From the human T2T-CHM13v2.0 reference genome, Homo sapiens, in NCBI RefSeq assembly GCF_009914755.1, contig NC_060927.1: 64,000 bases of DNA. The stretch is one strand, 5' to 3'. Shown here in pieces: positions 1 to 14,632 of this stretch. A model generated the notes under the pieces. It saw only the letters and a program-made list of their open reading frames with translations. It was not told where the DNA came from and made no database searches. A program made the translations under genes and the position numbers. Position 1 is the first letter of the stretch, and every line of letters begins with the position of its first letter.

Positions 1-550
1 GAATATATAACAGGTAGGCCTGACCTAGATGAGGGGTGGACTGGGAAGACTTGAGAAAACAAACCCCTGAAGGATGAGTGGGAGTTAGCTAGATTGAGGG
101 TAGCAGAGCTGTCTGTGCAAATGCCTGAGGTAGGATGAGTGTGGTACTTTTGTGGAACTGAAAGAAAACCAGGGTGGCTGCAACATAGAGGTCAAAGAAG
201 ATGAGGAGGAAGAGAAGGCTGAGGTGGGAGCAAGGGACGCCATGCTGGGCCTGAGAGAGCAAGTCCAACTGTTCTTGGAAACAGCCCCCTGGCATCGAGC
301 CTCTTCCTTCACACTTACATTGTGTTACTCTGTTTTCCCTGTTGGACTATTAAGTCCCCCAGGCCACGGTCCAAGTCTTTTATACTTTTATCCTTCATGC
401 CTTATAAATAATAGGAGATAATATACACAACCCATCAAAGTACTGGTGTAATTCATCACGTTCATGAAAAATACTTGCGAAACTATTTAACTTATTGGTT
501 AGCCAGCCTTAAGGGGCTTTCCTTATATGCTTGATTTAGTATAGTTTCTT

Positions 551-1267
551 TTTTTTTTTTATTATACTTTAAGTTCTAGGGTACATGTGCACAACATGCA
601 GGTTTGTTACATATGTATACATGTGCCATGTTGGTGTGCTGCACCCATCAACTCATCATTTACATTAGGTATATATCCTAATGCTATCCCTCCCCCCTCC
701 CTCCACGCCACGACAGGCACTTGTGTGTGATGTTCCCCATCCTGTGTCCAAGTGTGCTCATTGTTCAATTCCCACATATGAGTGAGAACACGCGGTGTTT
801 GGTTTTCTGTCTTTGTGATAATTTGCTCAGAATGATGATTTCCAGCTTCATCCATGTCCCTACAAAGGACATGAACTCATCCTTCTTTATGGTTGCATAG
901 TATTCCATGGTGTATATGTGCCACATTTTCTTAATCCAGTCTATCATTGATGGACATTTGGGTTGGTTCCAAGTCTTTGCTATTGTGAATAGTGCCGCAA
1001 TAAACATATGTGTGCATGTGTCTTTATAGCAGCATGATTTATAATTCTTTGGGTATATACCCAGTAATGGGATGGTTGGGTCAAATAGTATTTCTAGTTC
1101 TAGATCCTTGAGTAATCGCCACACTGTCTTGCACAATGGTTAAACTAGTTTACAGTCCCACCAACAGTGTAAAAGTGTTCCTATTTTTCCACATCCTCTC
1201 CAGCACCTGTTGTTTCCTGACTTTTTAATGATCACCATTCTAACTTGTGTTAGATGGTATCTCACTG
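551..1267 (-). mobile_element. 5'-truncated primate L1 (L1PA family): ORF2 C-terminus, 3'UTR and poly(A)
   Basis: Poly-T followed by attatactttaagttctagggtacatgtgcacaac (L1PA 3' end). ORFs 765-1136 and 1140-1376 give L1 ORF2p C-terminal sequence. 18-bp TSD gatttagtatagtttctt at 533-550 and 1268-1285. Confidence 0.95.
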
Positions 1268-1284
1268 GATTTAGTATAGTTTCT

Positions 1285-1625
1285 TCATTCAACAGATACT
1301 TATTCATCACCTTCCTTCTACCAGGCCACGGAGAAAAGGCTTGACCTAAGTAAACAAGACATGGTTCTGCCCTCATAGAGCTTATATTTTATTGAATTAT
1401 AATTGAAATACTAAATGCTAAAAGGGATAAGTAGACATTGCTCAGGAAATATAGAAGAGCAGGACCTGGACAAGTGTGGGGCATGTGCCAGGGAAAGCCT
1501 TCTTAAGGAAGTAACATTTGGTCCAAGCTCTGAAGGAATTGATCAGAAGAGGTCTTGAGGAGGGAGGCAAGGACCAGAGAGTGGTGGGAAAGGCCAGTGG
1601 CCAGGAGGAGCATTCCAGGGAAGAA
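1285..1625 (-). mobile_element. L2 LINE relic (similar L2-like fragments at about 20-420)
   Basis: Starts cattcaacagatacttatt; contains aaacaagacatggttctgccctcatagagctta, typical of an antisense L2 3' end. Boundaries approximate. Confidence 0.6.
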
Positions 1626-1857
1626 AATTGGCCTTTTGAAGGTAAGAACTGTGTTAAATGCAGACTTCCTAGATATTTGGTTACCTGGAAAAGTTAGAAA
1701 GATTGGTTTTATTAATGCAAGATTATCTAATTTGGGGTATTCCTTACTTGTTAAGTTATTGCAAGATTCTAATCTCAGTGCTTGAAGTCGAGTGACATTT
1801 GACTTGGAAAAGAAAAAAATAATGGGTGATAGACCCTTTAAAAATGTTTAAATTTTG

Positions 1858-2157
1858 GGCCGGGCACAGTGGCTGATGCCTATAATCCCAGCACTTTGGG
1901 AGGCTGAGGCGGGTGGATCACGAGGTCAAGAGATCGAGACCATCCTGGCCAACATGGTGAAACCCTGTCTCTACTACTAAAAATACAAAAATTAGCTGAG
2001 TGTGGTGGCGTGCACCTGTAGTCCCAGCTACTCAGGAGGCTGAGGCAGGAGAATCATTTGAACTGGGAGGCGGAGGTTGCAGTAAGCTGAGATTGCACCA
2101 CTGCACTCCAGCCTGGCGACAGAGTGAGACTCTGTCTCAAAAAAGAAAAAAGAAAAA
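1858..2157 (+). mobile_element. Alu (AluS, Sc-like)
   Basis: Full dimer with A tail; flanked by gtttaaattttg on both sides. Confidence 0.93.
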
Positions 2158-2190
2158 GTTTAAATTTTGAAATAGTAAATTCATAGGAAA

Positions 2191-2590
2191 TGATTTGATT
2201 TGGATGTTTGTCCTCTCCAAATCTCATGTTGAATTGTGATCCTCACTGTTGGAGGTGGGGCCTGGTGGGAGGTGTTTGGGTCATGGAGGTGGATCCCTCA
2301 TGAATGGCTTGGTGCCCTCTCCACATTAATGAGTGAGTTCTCGACCTCTTAGTTCACGTGAGCGAGAGCTAGTTGTTTGAAAGAGCCTGGCATCTCTCTT
2401 TTTCCCTCCCTTGCCATGTGATGCATCTGATCCCCCTTCACCTTTCACCATGAGTGGAAGCTTCCCTCATCAGAAGCAGATGCCAGCACTGTACTTCTCA
2501 TACAACCTGGAGAACCATAAGCCAAATAAACCTCTTTTCATTTAATTGCTTCAAATATTCCTTTATAGCAGTGTGAAATGGACTAACACA
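2191..2590 (+). mobile_element. MaLR solo LTR (MST family)
   Basis: TG...CA termini (tgatttgatttggatgtttgtcc ... ggactaacaca), AATAAA near the 3' end, perfect 5-bp TSD ggaaa at 2186-2190 and 2591-2595. Confidence 0.88.
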
Positions 2591-3063
2591 GGAAATACAA
2601 AGAAGTGTACCAGGAGGTCATGAGCACCCTTTACCCTGCTTCTTCTGGGTGACAGACTTCAAGGACAGGGTGGTTTCACTGGGTAGCTGGCCTGAAAAGC
2701 CTTAAACACTCCCTCAGAACTAGAGAGTTTGACATTTGTTTTTTGCTCTAAAATATATGTATCCCAGACTAACCGTATTCTGGCCCCAGACCTTCCAGTA
2801 TGTCAAATGTCAGCTCATAAGAAACCCTTGCATTTTATCTGCATGGTATTCTTTCACTAATTCCTTCTCTTCTACTCCAGGACATAGGTGTCATATTGAC
2901 CCTTTCCAGGTGCCTTTAAAAAAGCTATGATAAAATTACATGAAAAGAAGCGCTCTGCTACAAATACCACACCTGATCCTGGGGAAGAGTAAATTGAATA
3001 AGAAAACAACTGATCTTTTATAAATCATATAGCTATTTGAGGGAATAAGATGTCGGATTATGA

Positions 3064-3370
3064 GGCCGGGCGCAATTGCTCACGCCTGTAATCCCAGTGC
3101 TTTGGGAGGCTGAGGCGGGTGGATCACGAAGTCAAGAGATTGAGATCCATCCTGGCCAACATGGTGAAACCCCGTCTCTACTAAAAATACAAAAATTAGC
3201 TGGGCGTGGTGGCGCACACCTGTACTCTCAGCTACTTGGGAGGCTGAGGCAGGAGAATCGCTTGAACCCGGAAGTCAGAGGTTGCAGTGAGCCGAGATCA
3301 CGCCACTGCACTCCAGTCTGGCGACAGAGTGAGACTCCATCTCACCAAAAAAAAAAAAAAAAAAAAAAAA
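3064..3370 (+). mobile_element. Alu (AluS, Sc-like)
   Basis: Full dimer, long A tail, TSD aagatgt(c/t)ggattatg. Confidence 0.94.
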
Positions 3371-3414
3371 GATGTTGGATTATGGAGCCACACTTGAGGT
3401 TTTAAAACCCAAAT

Positions 3415-5005
3415 CTGGACATCTGCTTCAACCCTAATGAGTAGTGGATACTGGACTAGCTCTGCCACCATAAACAATTACACGCTGGGACAAAATACGT
3501 AAAATTACTCTTTTCAGACAGTGAACAGTAGGTAGTGAAAGACTATGGTCATAGGTAGTGAAAGACTGTGGTCCCAGACAGAGGGAAGGAAAGATTTGTC
3601 CCAGCTTATAACATGAAGGCACTTTCTGGCCCATGCCATAGCCCGTGAGAGCCCAGGGAGATTCTCTTGGTCTCAGTGAGCTGAGGAAACAACCAGAATT
3701 CAGAGCAGCTGAGGTGGCTGGAATTTGCAGGACGTAGTACCAGAAATGAGGGAGCTGTGCACAGGAGTGCCTCGGTAGCACCCTGAGTCTTTGACTGAAT
3801 AGCGAGCTGTGTGTACTCACAGCACGACTCTCGTCAGACCAGGCAAAAACACACTACCAGAGAGCTATGAGCAGAATGGAGATTCCAGAGTTCACACGAG
3901 CTGGGAGACACTGGAGTTCTGTATACGGAGTGGAGAGACCTCATTGAATACTCTGAGCCCTTATGTGATACCCAGAATGGCCCCTATAAAGTTTCGAGGG
4001 GAAAGCATCTTAGTGGTCTTGTGATAAAGATTTCTTAGGACCTAGTAAATACTATGAACAAAAAATGGTAACTTAGTTGACTTTATAAAAATTTAAAACT
4101 TCTGCTTCTCAAAAGATGCCTTTCAAAGAAGGGAAAAACTAGCCAAACTGAGAAGACATGTGCAGTCCTCTTATCCAGAACACGCAAGATGAACAACTCC
4201 TACCACTCAAGACACACAAAGCAACTTGTTTTTAAGGGGGAAAAAAGCTTGAACAGGTACTTAATTTATGGTGAAGATCTATGAATGGCCATTGAACACG
4301 TGAAAATGCTCAACGTCAATAGTCATCAGGGAAATACAAGTTAAAACCAGAGAGATATATCACTATACACCTACTAAAATGGCTAAGATTAAGAAGCCTG
4401 ACAATGCTAAATGTTGTCAGGGTGTGGAGCAACCAAAACACTTATACATTGCTGGTAAAATAACTACTTTGGAAATCTGGCTGTTTCTCATGAAATTTAA
4501 CATATGCCTACCTTGTGACCCAGAAATTGTACCTTTAGATCTTTACCTAAGAGAAATGAAAACATATATACATGAAAATACTTATACAAAAGTGTCCATA
4601 GCACCTTTATTCAAAACAGCCCAAATCACCATCAACAGGAGAATCGATAAATTGTAGTATAATTATACCACGAATGGAATGTATTATTGATACTTAACAA
4701 TATAATGAACCTCAAAAGCAGTATGCTAAGCAAAAGAAGCCAAACACAAACAAGTATATACCCTAGCATATCATTTATGTGATATGTTCTAGAATAGTCT
4801 AATCTATGGCTTATGAAGTCAGATCAGTTGTCATCTGGGGGCAAGTGGGGACCGACTGAGGGGGAGCACAAGACCATGTTCTGGCGTCATGAAAATGTTC
4901 TATATCTTGATAGCTGTATGCAGTGGTTAATCTATCATTTGTCAGAATACATTGAACTGTGCATATGAGATCTGTGTATTTCACTTTATGTAAATTATAC
5001 CTCAA
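3415..5005 (+). mobile_element. Old mammalian L1 (L1M) fragments: 5'-end-like part followed by ORF2 end and 3'UTR
   Basis: ORF 4379-4657 resembles degenerate ORF2p C-terminus; ends atgtaaattatacctcaa (L1M 3' end). Boundaries approximate. Confidence 0.65.
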
Positions 5006-5007
5006 CT

Positions 5008-5156
5008 TGGCTACACCTTTGAATCATCAGGGGAGTTTTAGAAAATATTGGTGCCTGGGCTCATTCTTAGAGATTTCCATTTAAATGGTCTGGGGAAAAG
5101 CCTGGCCATTAAACTCTCTAGGTGGTTCTGATATACAGCCAAGTAGAAAACCACTG
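5008..5156. mobile_element. MER5-type hAT DNA transposon relic
   Basis: gaatcatcaggggagtttt ... ggtggttctgat ... aaaaccactg pattern. Confidence 0.6.
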
Positions 5157-5521
5157 TGTTGAAAGTTGCTGAATTCCAGCCTCTTGGGTGTGGACATAAC
5201 TGATGGGCTCTAACGTTAGCTTACTGGCTGAAATTTTAGCAAGTAGAGATTTATTTAGGTTAGCAAAGTTATTTTATTATTCAAAAGTTCAGAATTGGTA
5301 TTGCATGATTATACTTCCATCTTGGTGTCATGAAAATATATACTTAATAGTTATTTGGATCAAGCTACCACCATTTAACATGCTTTGTCAATTGTAGTAT
5401 GTCAGTAAGGTATTGCAGGTATTATTATTACTGTAGTTGTTGCTTTTATTATTGCTTATTACGGCATTTGGTACATAGTAGGTGCACAATACTTAATGGA
5501 TTAATTAATGAGATCCTGATA

Positions 5522-5587
5522 GCTGTGCTAGTCTCATTATTAAAATAGATGTGTGCTGTGCTAGTCTCATTATTAAAATAGATGTGT
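5522..5587. repeat. Perfect 33-bp tandem duplication
   Basis: gctgtgctagtctcattattaaaatagatgtgt at 5522-5554 and 5555-5587. Confidence 0.95.
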
Positions 5588-6423
5588 TTTTGCACCTTTC
5601 TTCTTCCTGAAATCCTTTCTGCCTCAGGTCCTTTCCTGCTTTGCTTGCCACTCTTTTTTACATTCCTTTTGAAATTGTTGTTCTTCCTTTCTTGAATTCC
5701 AGAGATTAGGTTTAAAGTTGAAGATAATAAAAAAAATCCACAATCTACAAATTTGATATTTCTTTGTAAAAAGATCTGCTTGCTGTGTCCCTTGAGCTAT
5801 TTTTCCAGTAGGTGAGGGGTTTTGGCAAATGAGTGAAAAAGCTGATGTTTTCAAACACTTCCCTATGGCCAGTGGTATACAGGGGTTAAAGGTACAGTTT
5901 ATGATTCTAGAACACATTTTTTGTGGAAAGTCAGTGTCCCTGGCTTCATTAGCACCCATATGTGACTCACTGTTAATGTGCCAAAATATTATGTGGTCAT
6001 CAAGGGGCAGATGGTAAATTATAAAGCTGTTCTAAAGCCCATATAAAAAATCCCAATTCAGGGGAACTCAGGTTGATGGACAGCTTCTACTTTTGGACAG
6101 AGAGTGAAGCCTTACTCTGTCCCACACTCTGACATCACCCACCATAACTCCTGCCCCGATAAAAATATCTACATACTCCTAAGTAGATTTTTTGGCTCTA
6201 AGTTAGCAAGTAGAGTTTTTTGTATTTGAGGTTTTTTAAAATGCATATACCCCTGAAAGGATTAAGACAAGATCATCAGTCATTGTAACCTTATGTGAAT
6301 GTATTAAATCAAATTATATTTGCTAGAACACTCCATATGGAGATGTTTAACACTGAGGAAACAGAAGGGAGGGCAATTTGGAAGCAAATAGGAAGAGATA
6401 GCCCAGTTGGAAAGAGGTACTTT

Positions 6424-6738
6424 GGCAGGGTACGGTGGCTCATGCCTGTAATTCCAGCACTTTGGAGGCCGAATCAGGAGGATTCCTTGAGCCAAGGAGT
6501 TCGAGAGCAGCCTGGGCAACATAGTGAGACCTATCTCTACTAAAAATTAAAAAATCAGCCAGGTGTGGTGACGTGTGCCTGTAGTCCCAGCTACTTGGGA
6601 AGCTGAGGTGGGAGGATCCCTTGAGCCCAAGAGGTCATGGTTTCCGTGAGCTATGATTGTGCTAGTGCCCTCTAGCCTGGGTGACAAAGTAAGACCTTGT
6701 CTCAAAAAAAAAAAAAAAGAAAAGAAAAGAAAAAAAAA
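6424..6738 (+). mobile_element. Alu (AluJ-like)
   Basis: Dimer with ttgagccca-type AluJ positions; TSD aaagaggtactt. Confidence 0.9.
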
Positions 6739-7112
6739 GAGGTACTTGGGTAGGCAGAAGGTGCTGTGATAAAGTTTCTTGGCCTTGGATGGCTGGAAAG
6801 AGCCAAAGATACACAGTTTTCTCCAGTGTCCTTACCTCAGGTAGGATGTGCCCCCTCCACTTTGGAACTGAGATCCGTATGTCTCTGTTTGCTGCCCTGC
6901 CCTGCCTCAGGGCCCTGGGGTGATAGGTCAAGGTGTTCTAGGATGCAGAGGTGAAGAAGAGAGAGGGCGTGGGAAGGGTGCAGCATAATAGTGCACAGGG
7001 AGCTCTCATGTATGTGAACACAAGTAAGTGCAGGCAGCTGTGGGAAGTGTGGGCTCTGAGATATTACCTATACCATTGCTCCAGACATAACTACGTCCTG
7101 GTGTTTCCCTAG

Positions 7113-7334
<222 letters not shown>

Positions 7335-8121
7335 TGATTTAATGCACCACCACTCCAGAGGGAGGAGTGTCCCTAACCTTCCCTTCCCCAGGGCAGAGAT
7401 GTGGTTTGTGTGACCTGGTAGCATAGTGCCAAAGGGCTTCTGCTTCAGACTCTGTCTTTGCCTCGCACATCATCACCCAATGTAATAAGTACCATTTACT
7501 GCTTAATTTTCATAATAATCTTTTGAGATACTCTACACTGAAAGATATACTGTACTTACATTAAAACGTAAGCTCCAAGAGGACAGAGACTTGGTCTTAT
7601 TCACCACTACTTGGTCAATGACAACTTCAAGGGGCAACAATGTTGAATAGTGAACTAAATCATGGTGCATACCTATGATGGAATAGTATGCAGCCATTCA
7701 CAGTTATGTTTTCAAAGGACTTTAATAAGATAGAAAATGCCACATTATATTAAATAAGGAAGATACAATATTGTATATATTTTATACCAATTATGTTTAT
7801 ATATAAACATTGATATGTATTTTCTTAAGTATCTACTTATCTGTCTATTGAGAGAGGAGAAAGAGGACAAGAAGAAGGGAGAAAGAGAGGGAGAGTATGG
7901 GAGAGAAAGGGAGAAAATAGTAGGTAAAAAATACCCCAAACTATTAATAGTAATTTTTTGAGCTGCGGGTTGTGAGTGATTTTTGTTTTCTTTTGTAGTG
8001 TGTTTATTCTTATTTTTCAAACTTTCTATATAATCAGATATTTGGGATAATAAGTTAAATTAGAACTATGAAAAGTTGTTATAGTATAATGAAAAAATGG
8101 TTTCTTAAAAATTTATGTGTT

Positions 8122-8494
<373 letters not shown>

Positions 8495-8744
8495 CTATGT
8501 GAAGGGTGAATTATATGGTATGTGAGTTATATCTCAATAAAGCTGTTATAAAAACAAATCTATGTGAACATGACAGTATAGCATAATGGTGGAAAGAATG
8601 TGTTTGAGAACTATGTAGACTTGGTTTTATATACCTACCTCTTGCCAGATAAGTGACCTTGGGCAAGTTATAGAACTAACTTCTCTGACTTTCAGTATCC
8701 TCATCTATAAATAAGAAATGTTTGTTATGAGTTTTTTTGTTTGC

Positions 8745-9041
<297 letters not shown>

Positions 9042-9275
9042 TGTTATGAGTTTCAAATGAAATTAAATGAGATAATTTATGTTCATCACTTATCAAGTCT
9101 TTTGTAATTAATAAGCCCTCAGTAGTGGGTAGATTTTATCATCATTAGCTTTTATAATCTAATTACACTTACATGCAAAAAATAAATTTTAAAAAGTTGA
9201 GCAAATATGGAATTAGCCACAGCTTGAAATATATGTGTCTTTTAACTCTGCTCTTTCATTCCTTGAAACCTGCAG

Positions 9276-9479
9276 CTGGTCATCAATGCTGCTTTGGGAT
9301 TTGACACATTTGTTGTCATGAGACATGGTCTGAAGAAACCAAAGCAGCAAGGAGCTGGGGACTTGTGTCCAAACCACCCTGTGGCATCTGCTGACCTCCT
9401 GGGCTCATCGCTTTTTGCCAACATCCCTGGTTACAAGCTTGGCTGCTACTTCTGCAATGATGTGGTGGCCCCAGGAGAT
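9276..9479 (+). CDS. ATG7: ATG7 internal coding exon (204 nt, phase 0-0; approx. aa 494-561, first CxxC zinc pair CYFC)
   Basis: Translates [68 protein letters not shown]. Acceptor cctgcag|, donor GAT|gtaagt; in frame with the previous exon. Confidence 0.97.
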
Positions 9480-9908
9480 GTAAGTGGATTTCTCTATAGT
9501 TCCAAATATTTCCTATCACCAACTTGTACACTGAGGCAGACCGACTTGGCCCTTTCATTTATGACTATTTAAATATTATCTTTTAACAAAGAGAAGAATT
9601 CTCCAATTTGGGGAGGATGGCATTATCTCATTATGAACCTTGACTGGCGTCATCAACTGTACACCTGTTCCTTGTTCACCAATATAAACGCGGCTACAAA
9701 CCATATTTTTGGAAAGCTTATTGAGGAAACCACAGCAGACTAGTCCCTGATAGCACTCCGTATTGTCTCCGGTGCTTCTCTTAGTCAAGATAACATTACA
9801 AATCAGGAGTCTAAAGACCAGATTCCATCAATGGCTTGACACTGCCTCCCAGGTAGTTCTAAAAAGTCTCTTAGGTTCCCTCTACCTTTGCAAAATAGGA
9901 GTGATGTG

Positions 9909-10397
9909 TAGGCTTGTCAGATTTAGTAAGTAAAAATATAGGATTCCCAGCTAACTTTGAATTTCAGTTAATAATGAATTCTTTTTTTTTTTTTTTTGAG
10001 ACAGAGTTTCGCCCTGTCACCCAGGCTCGAGTGCAGTGGCACAATCTCGGCTCCCTGCAACCTCTGCCTCCTGGGTTCAAGTGATTCTCCTGCCTCAGCC
10101 TCCTGAGTAGCTGAGATTACAGGTGTGTGCCACCATGCCCAGCTAATTTTTGTATTTTTAGTAGAGACGGGGTTTCACCATGTTGGTCTGGCTGGTCTCG
10201 AACTCCTGACCTCGTGATCCACCTGCCTCAGTCTCCCAAAGTGCTGGGATTACAGGTGTGAGCCACCACGCTTAGCCAATAATGAATAATTTTTTGGTAT
10301 ATGTCCCATGCAATATTCAAGACCCACTTATACTAAAAATTTATTTATCTGAAATTCAAATTTAACTGAGTGTCTTGTATTCTCCCTAGCAATGCTA
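9909..10397. mobile_element. MER53 palindromic DNA-transposon relic split by an antisense AluS (9979-10277)
   Basis: Left arm ggcttgtcagatttag...tttgaatttcag and right arm ctgaaattcaaatttaactg...ctagcaatgcta are mutually inverted. Alu TSD aataatgaat. Confidence 0.8.
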
Positions 10398-11471
10398 ATA
10401 GAGGAGGGAAGAATACCTGCCCTGTCAACTCACAGTGCAAAGTGGGTCAAGTGCAACAGTGCTTTGAACAGCAAGACTACACTGTACAAATTAAGATTCT
10501 ATGACTTTCAGAACTCCACACAAGTCAGTCTGTATGTAGGTCTGTTCCTTTATCAGAACAGATAACGATTTCCAGTGAAACAATGCAGAGATGTTTTCTG
10601 TAACCTCCCCTCTATTTTTCCTTTGTTTTAAAACTTTTCCCTTAATAACTCATATCTCTTTCGGATGACTGGCTTTTATGCCCTCCCAATATAAAGAAAA
10701 GAAGATGACCATTCTCTTTTATGGAGAAAGATGGCTTGATGATCTCTGTTATGGTGTTATAATATATAGCTGGTCTTGTTATTTAGTGATTGTCAACAAA
10801 TACGATTAGTGGTCCCTTGCAGTAAAGTCCCATCTGCTCATAAGGTAAAATTTTTATAGAGTCAAAAATATCTCTAACAACCTCTTAATTTGCCCAGAGT
10901 TGGATGGTTAGACTCTCTTTGGTTGAACCAGCAAAGGCTTGTGCTTAGAGCCATGTTGTAGAAAAAAAAAATACTTGTAGTAAACCCTAGAATCACACAG
11001 AGAGGTGATGCCCATGTTGTGAGAGGCACATAGGAACTGAGGGCCGCAGGAATAGTAAATTGTTGCTCCCATCTCACAGTCACTTTGAGGTGTTAGCTCA
11101 GTTAAAATGGCAGGGCAGAATCATTTGCACTTTTCAAATCATTGTTCCTTTCTGTGTCTCTGTCACTTAACTACCAAGCACAGTAGAACTGAATTGAGTC
11201 ACTTAAAGGAACACATGATGCAGTTCCATTATATGAGGCAGCTAAGCCCTCATTTTTGGTTAATATCCCCCAATCTGTTTAGGCTACTGATCCTTTTTAG
11301 CATATCACCTCATTTAGTTACCTAAATTGTATATTTTGTTTATCTTGATAATCTCAAGAAATGATGTACTTGAGGCTGGATGTTCTTTGCCAACAATGAG
11401 CATCTGGTTATAATTTAAAGCTTTGTCACAGAGGATTTCATACTTGAGACAGCTAGAGTTGAATGGAGTAG

Positions 11472-11624
<153 letters not shown>

Positions 11625-11936
11625 TGAGTTTGCTAGTAGGAGATGAGTATTTAAACAAAGCTTTTGTAGGCAGTTGTTCATCAGTGTCTCCCATGGCCTT
11701 TTCTCAGTCTGACTTTACAGAGAATTTCACTATTTCACCCTCAAAAAAACAAGACTAGAAAAAGCAGGTCTGGTTCTTTGGGCTGAGATAACTTGGCATG
11801 TTTCCTTTGTGGCCACATTTCTGCATCTTTCCGGACAAAGTCACTATGGTTTATTTTATTTTTCCAACGCTTATATAGGGCTTACTTTGTGCTAGGCACT
11901 GTTCTAAGCACCTTAGAAATTTTGCCTCCTTCAATC

Positions 11937-12292
<356 letters not shown>

Positions 12293-13336
12293 TAGTCGCA
12301 GTTTTGATGGGGAAATCAAGGCATAGTGAGGATAAGTAAGTGGCCAAATTTACATAGTAAATGGAAAAGCCAGGGTTTAGCTCAACCAGTGTGGCTCCAG
12401 ACTATGTTTAATGACTTTGTTATGCTGTTTGCAATACAGGCAGCAGAAAATCGAATTTTTGAAAGATTTATTTTTCCAGTTCTCAGAAAGTCAATATGCA
12501 AATTAACATGAATATTCTATTTCTTGTGTGACTCAAAGCTTTCCTCAGCAGTTGAAAATTGTGGTTGTATATGTAACTAGTATGGGTACTCTGAGATAAA
12601 TGAAAAGCGGGGCTTTTTTGTCTTCCTCTTTGTCATCCACCTTAGCTATCTGTCATTTAAGTTTATTGCCACTCTCTGACAGGAAGTATTTGGGATAAAA
12701 TCTTTGAGAGCTGACTTTATGCTTCCTTGACACTGAGCCTCTGTCTGCCACATTTGCCCTGGTCATAGTTTAAACACCAGGTCCTGTGTCACATCTTTTT
12801 GGTGCCACAAGTATCACTCCATTGTTCAGAGAGTAGTGTATTAGTTCTGCCCAATTCATTCTTCACTTTTATTTCTTCCATTTCATTAGCATTTATATCA
12901 GCTCAAGAAGTTAAGGTTAGAAAATTTTCCACTTCAAATTTTCAGTACAGAAATGTGCTGTGATGTTTGACAAGACTATTTCATAGTAAGTGAGTTAATG
13001 TTTATTGGCCTCTGATATGCCGAACATTGCACTCGGCAGTTGATGTAGTAGATTCCTCATTTATTAATCAGAGCTCCCTCATTCCTACTTTATAGATGAT
13101 GGATCTGAAGCACAGAAAAGTTAAGCAACTTGCCTATGGTCACAAGCTCAGGTCTTTCTGACTCCAAACCATGCATGTTTAAATTACTCTTCTTGCCCTT
13201 TGTCCCAGGGAAATTAGTTTTTTGCTAACTTACACTGCCCAGCAAGGGGCATTTTAGTTATCCTTATGAATCTTATGTAGATTTCTGCTAGATCATCCTC
13301 CCATGTGTTAAACTTGGATTAAATGAGCAGCTCTGA

Positions 13337-13687
<351 letters not shown>

Positions 13688-13689
13688 TA

Positions 13690-13940
13690 GGAACAGAAAA
13701 AACAGGCTTTGGAATCAGTCATACAATGGTTTAAATCCCAGCCCTGCCGTTATAAAGATGGCCTTCTTTGGCCAAGTCACTAAACTTCTCTGAGGCTTAG
13801 TTTTCTTATCTGTAACATAGAGAAGGTAATGCTGACATCACCTGGTAGTTGTATGGATTATGGATGGTTGCTAGAAAGGGCTCAGCAACAGTGTATATCA
13901 TAGGCCCTCAACAAACAATGCCTGCTGTTTCTTTACTGTT
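13690..13940 (+). mobile_element. MIR (further MIR relics at about 13030-13180, 16140-16235, 18560-18840, 19620-19830, 27640-27835, 35560-35720, 39560-39730)
   Basis: Core ttggccaagtcactaaacttctctgaggcttagttttcttatctgtaa. Confidence 0.7.
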
Positions 13941-14632
13941 GTTTGTTATTATTATTGACTCTGAACCCAAATAGAAAACCTTTATAGGCAGGCATGAGAA
14001 AAACATTAGAAGCATGCAGGGTCACCAAAAAGTGGGGTGTCTTTTCAGAAAAAGAATCCAAAGCATCATGAGGAAGTTCCATCCCTTAGGGAGTAAAAAG
14101 AAAAAGGCAGTGGGATGATCTTTTAGAATTCATGTTGCCTCTTCAGTCATTTTCATTACTATATTTTTGGGAGATTGAAGAGGTTTTCCAGTCTTATTTG
14201 GAAATCATTTTTTTTTAGATTCCATGTATGTATCCTCTCCTGTAATGTGACTGCTGTTCCCATCAGTGAAATCGTGATGGTGCCCACCAGTCCTATCTGG
14301 TGATTTGCAAGGACAGACTCAGACGAGTGCAGAGAGCAGAGTGACTCAGCTCATGCTTGTCTCTCTCTTCCTCCTCGCCACCCACCTTCTGCCAGCTAGG
14401 GCGGCACTGTCATATTCAGTTTAGGATGAGAATCAGAAGAGGGGAAACGACTTCTTCATGGTCACAGAGACTTAGTGGATGAGCCACAATCCATACCTAA
14501 ACTTGGCAGTCTGACAAATGTTCTTTCAAAGGTCTTGTGAGTTGAAAGATCCGTGGCCTGCATGTTGGGAGATTTTGCTTCCTGTTGGTACCCCAGCCCC
14601 CTTGCACAAAACCACCCATAATAGAACTTGTG

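Noticed and set aside
607-1376. ORFs resembling L1 ORF2p
   Set aside because: Fragments of a 5'-truncated L1PA with stops and frameshifts; not an active element.
14385-14412. Possible CTCF site (gccagctagggcggcactg)
   Set aside because: Does not align to the CTCF core without several mismatches or a gap.
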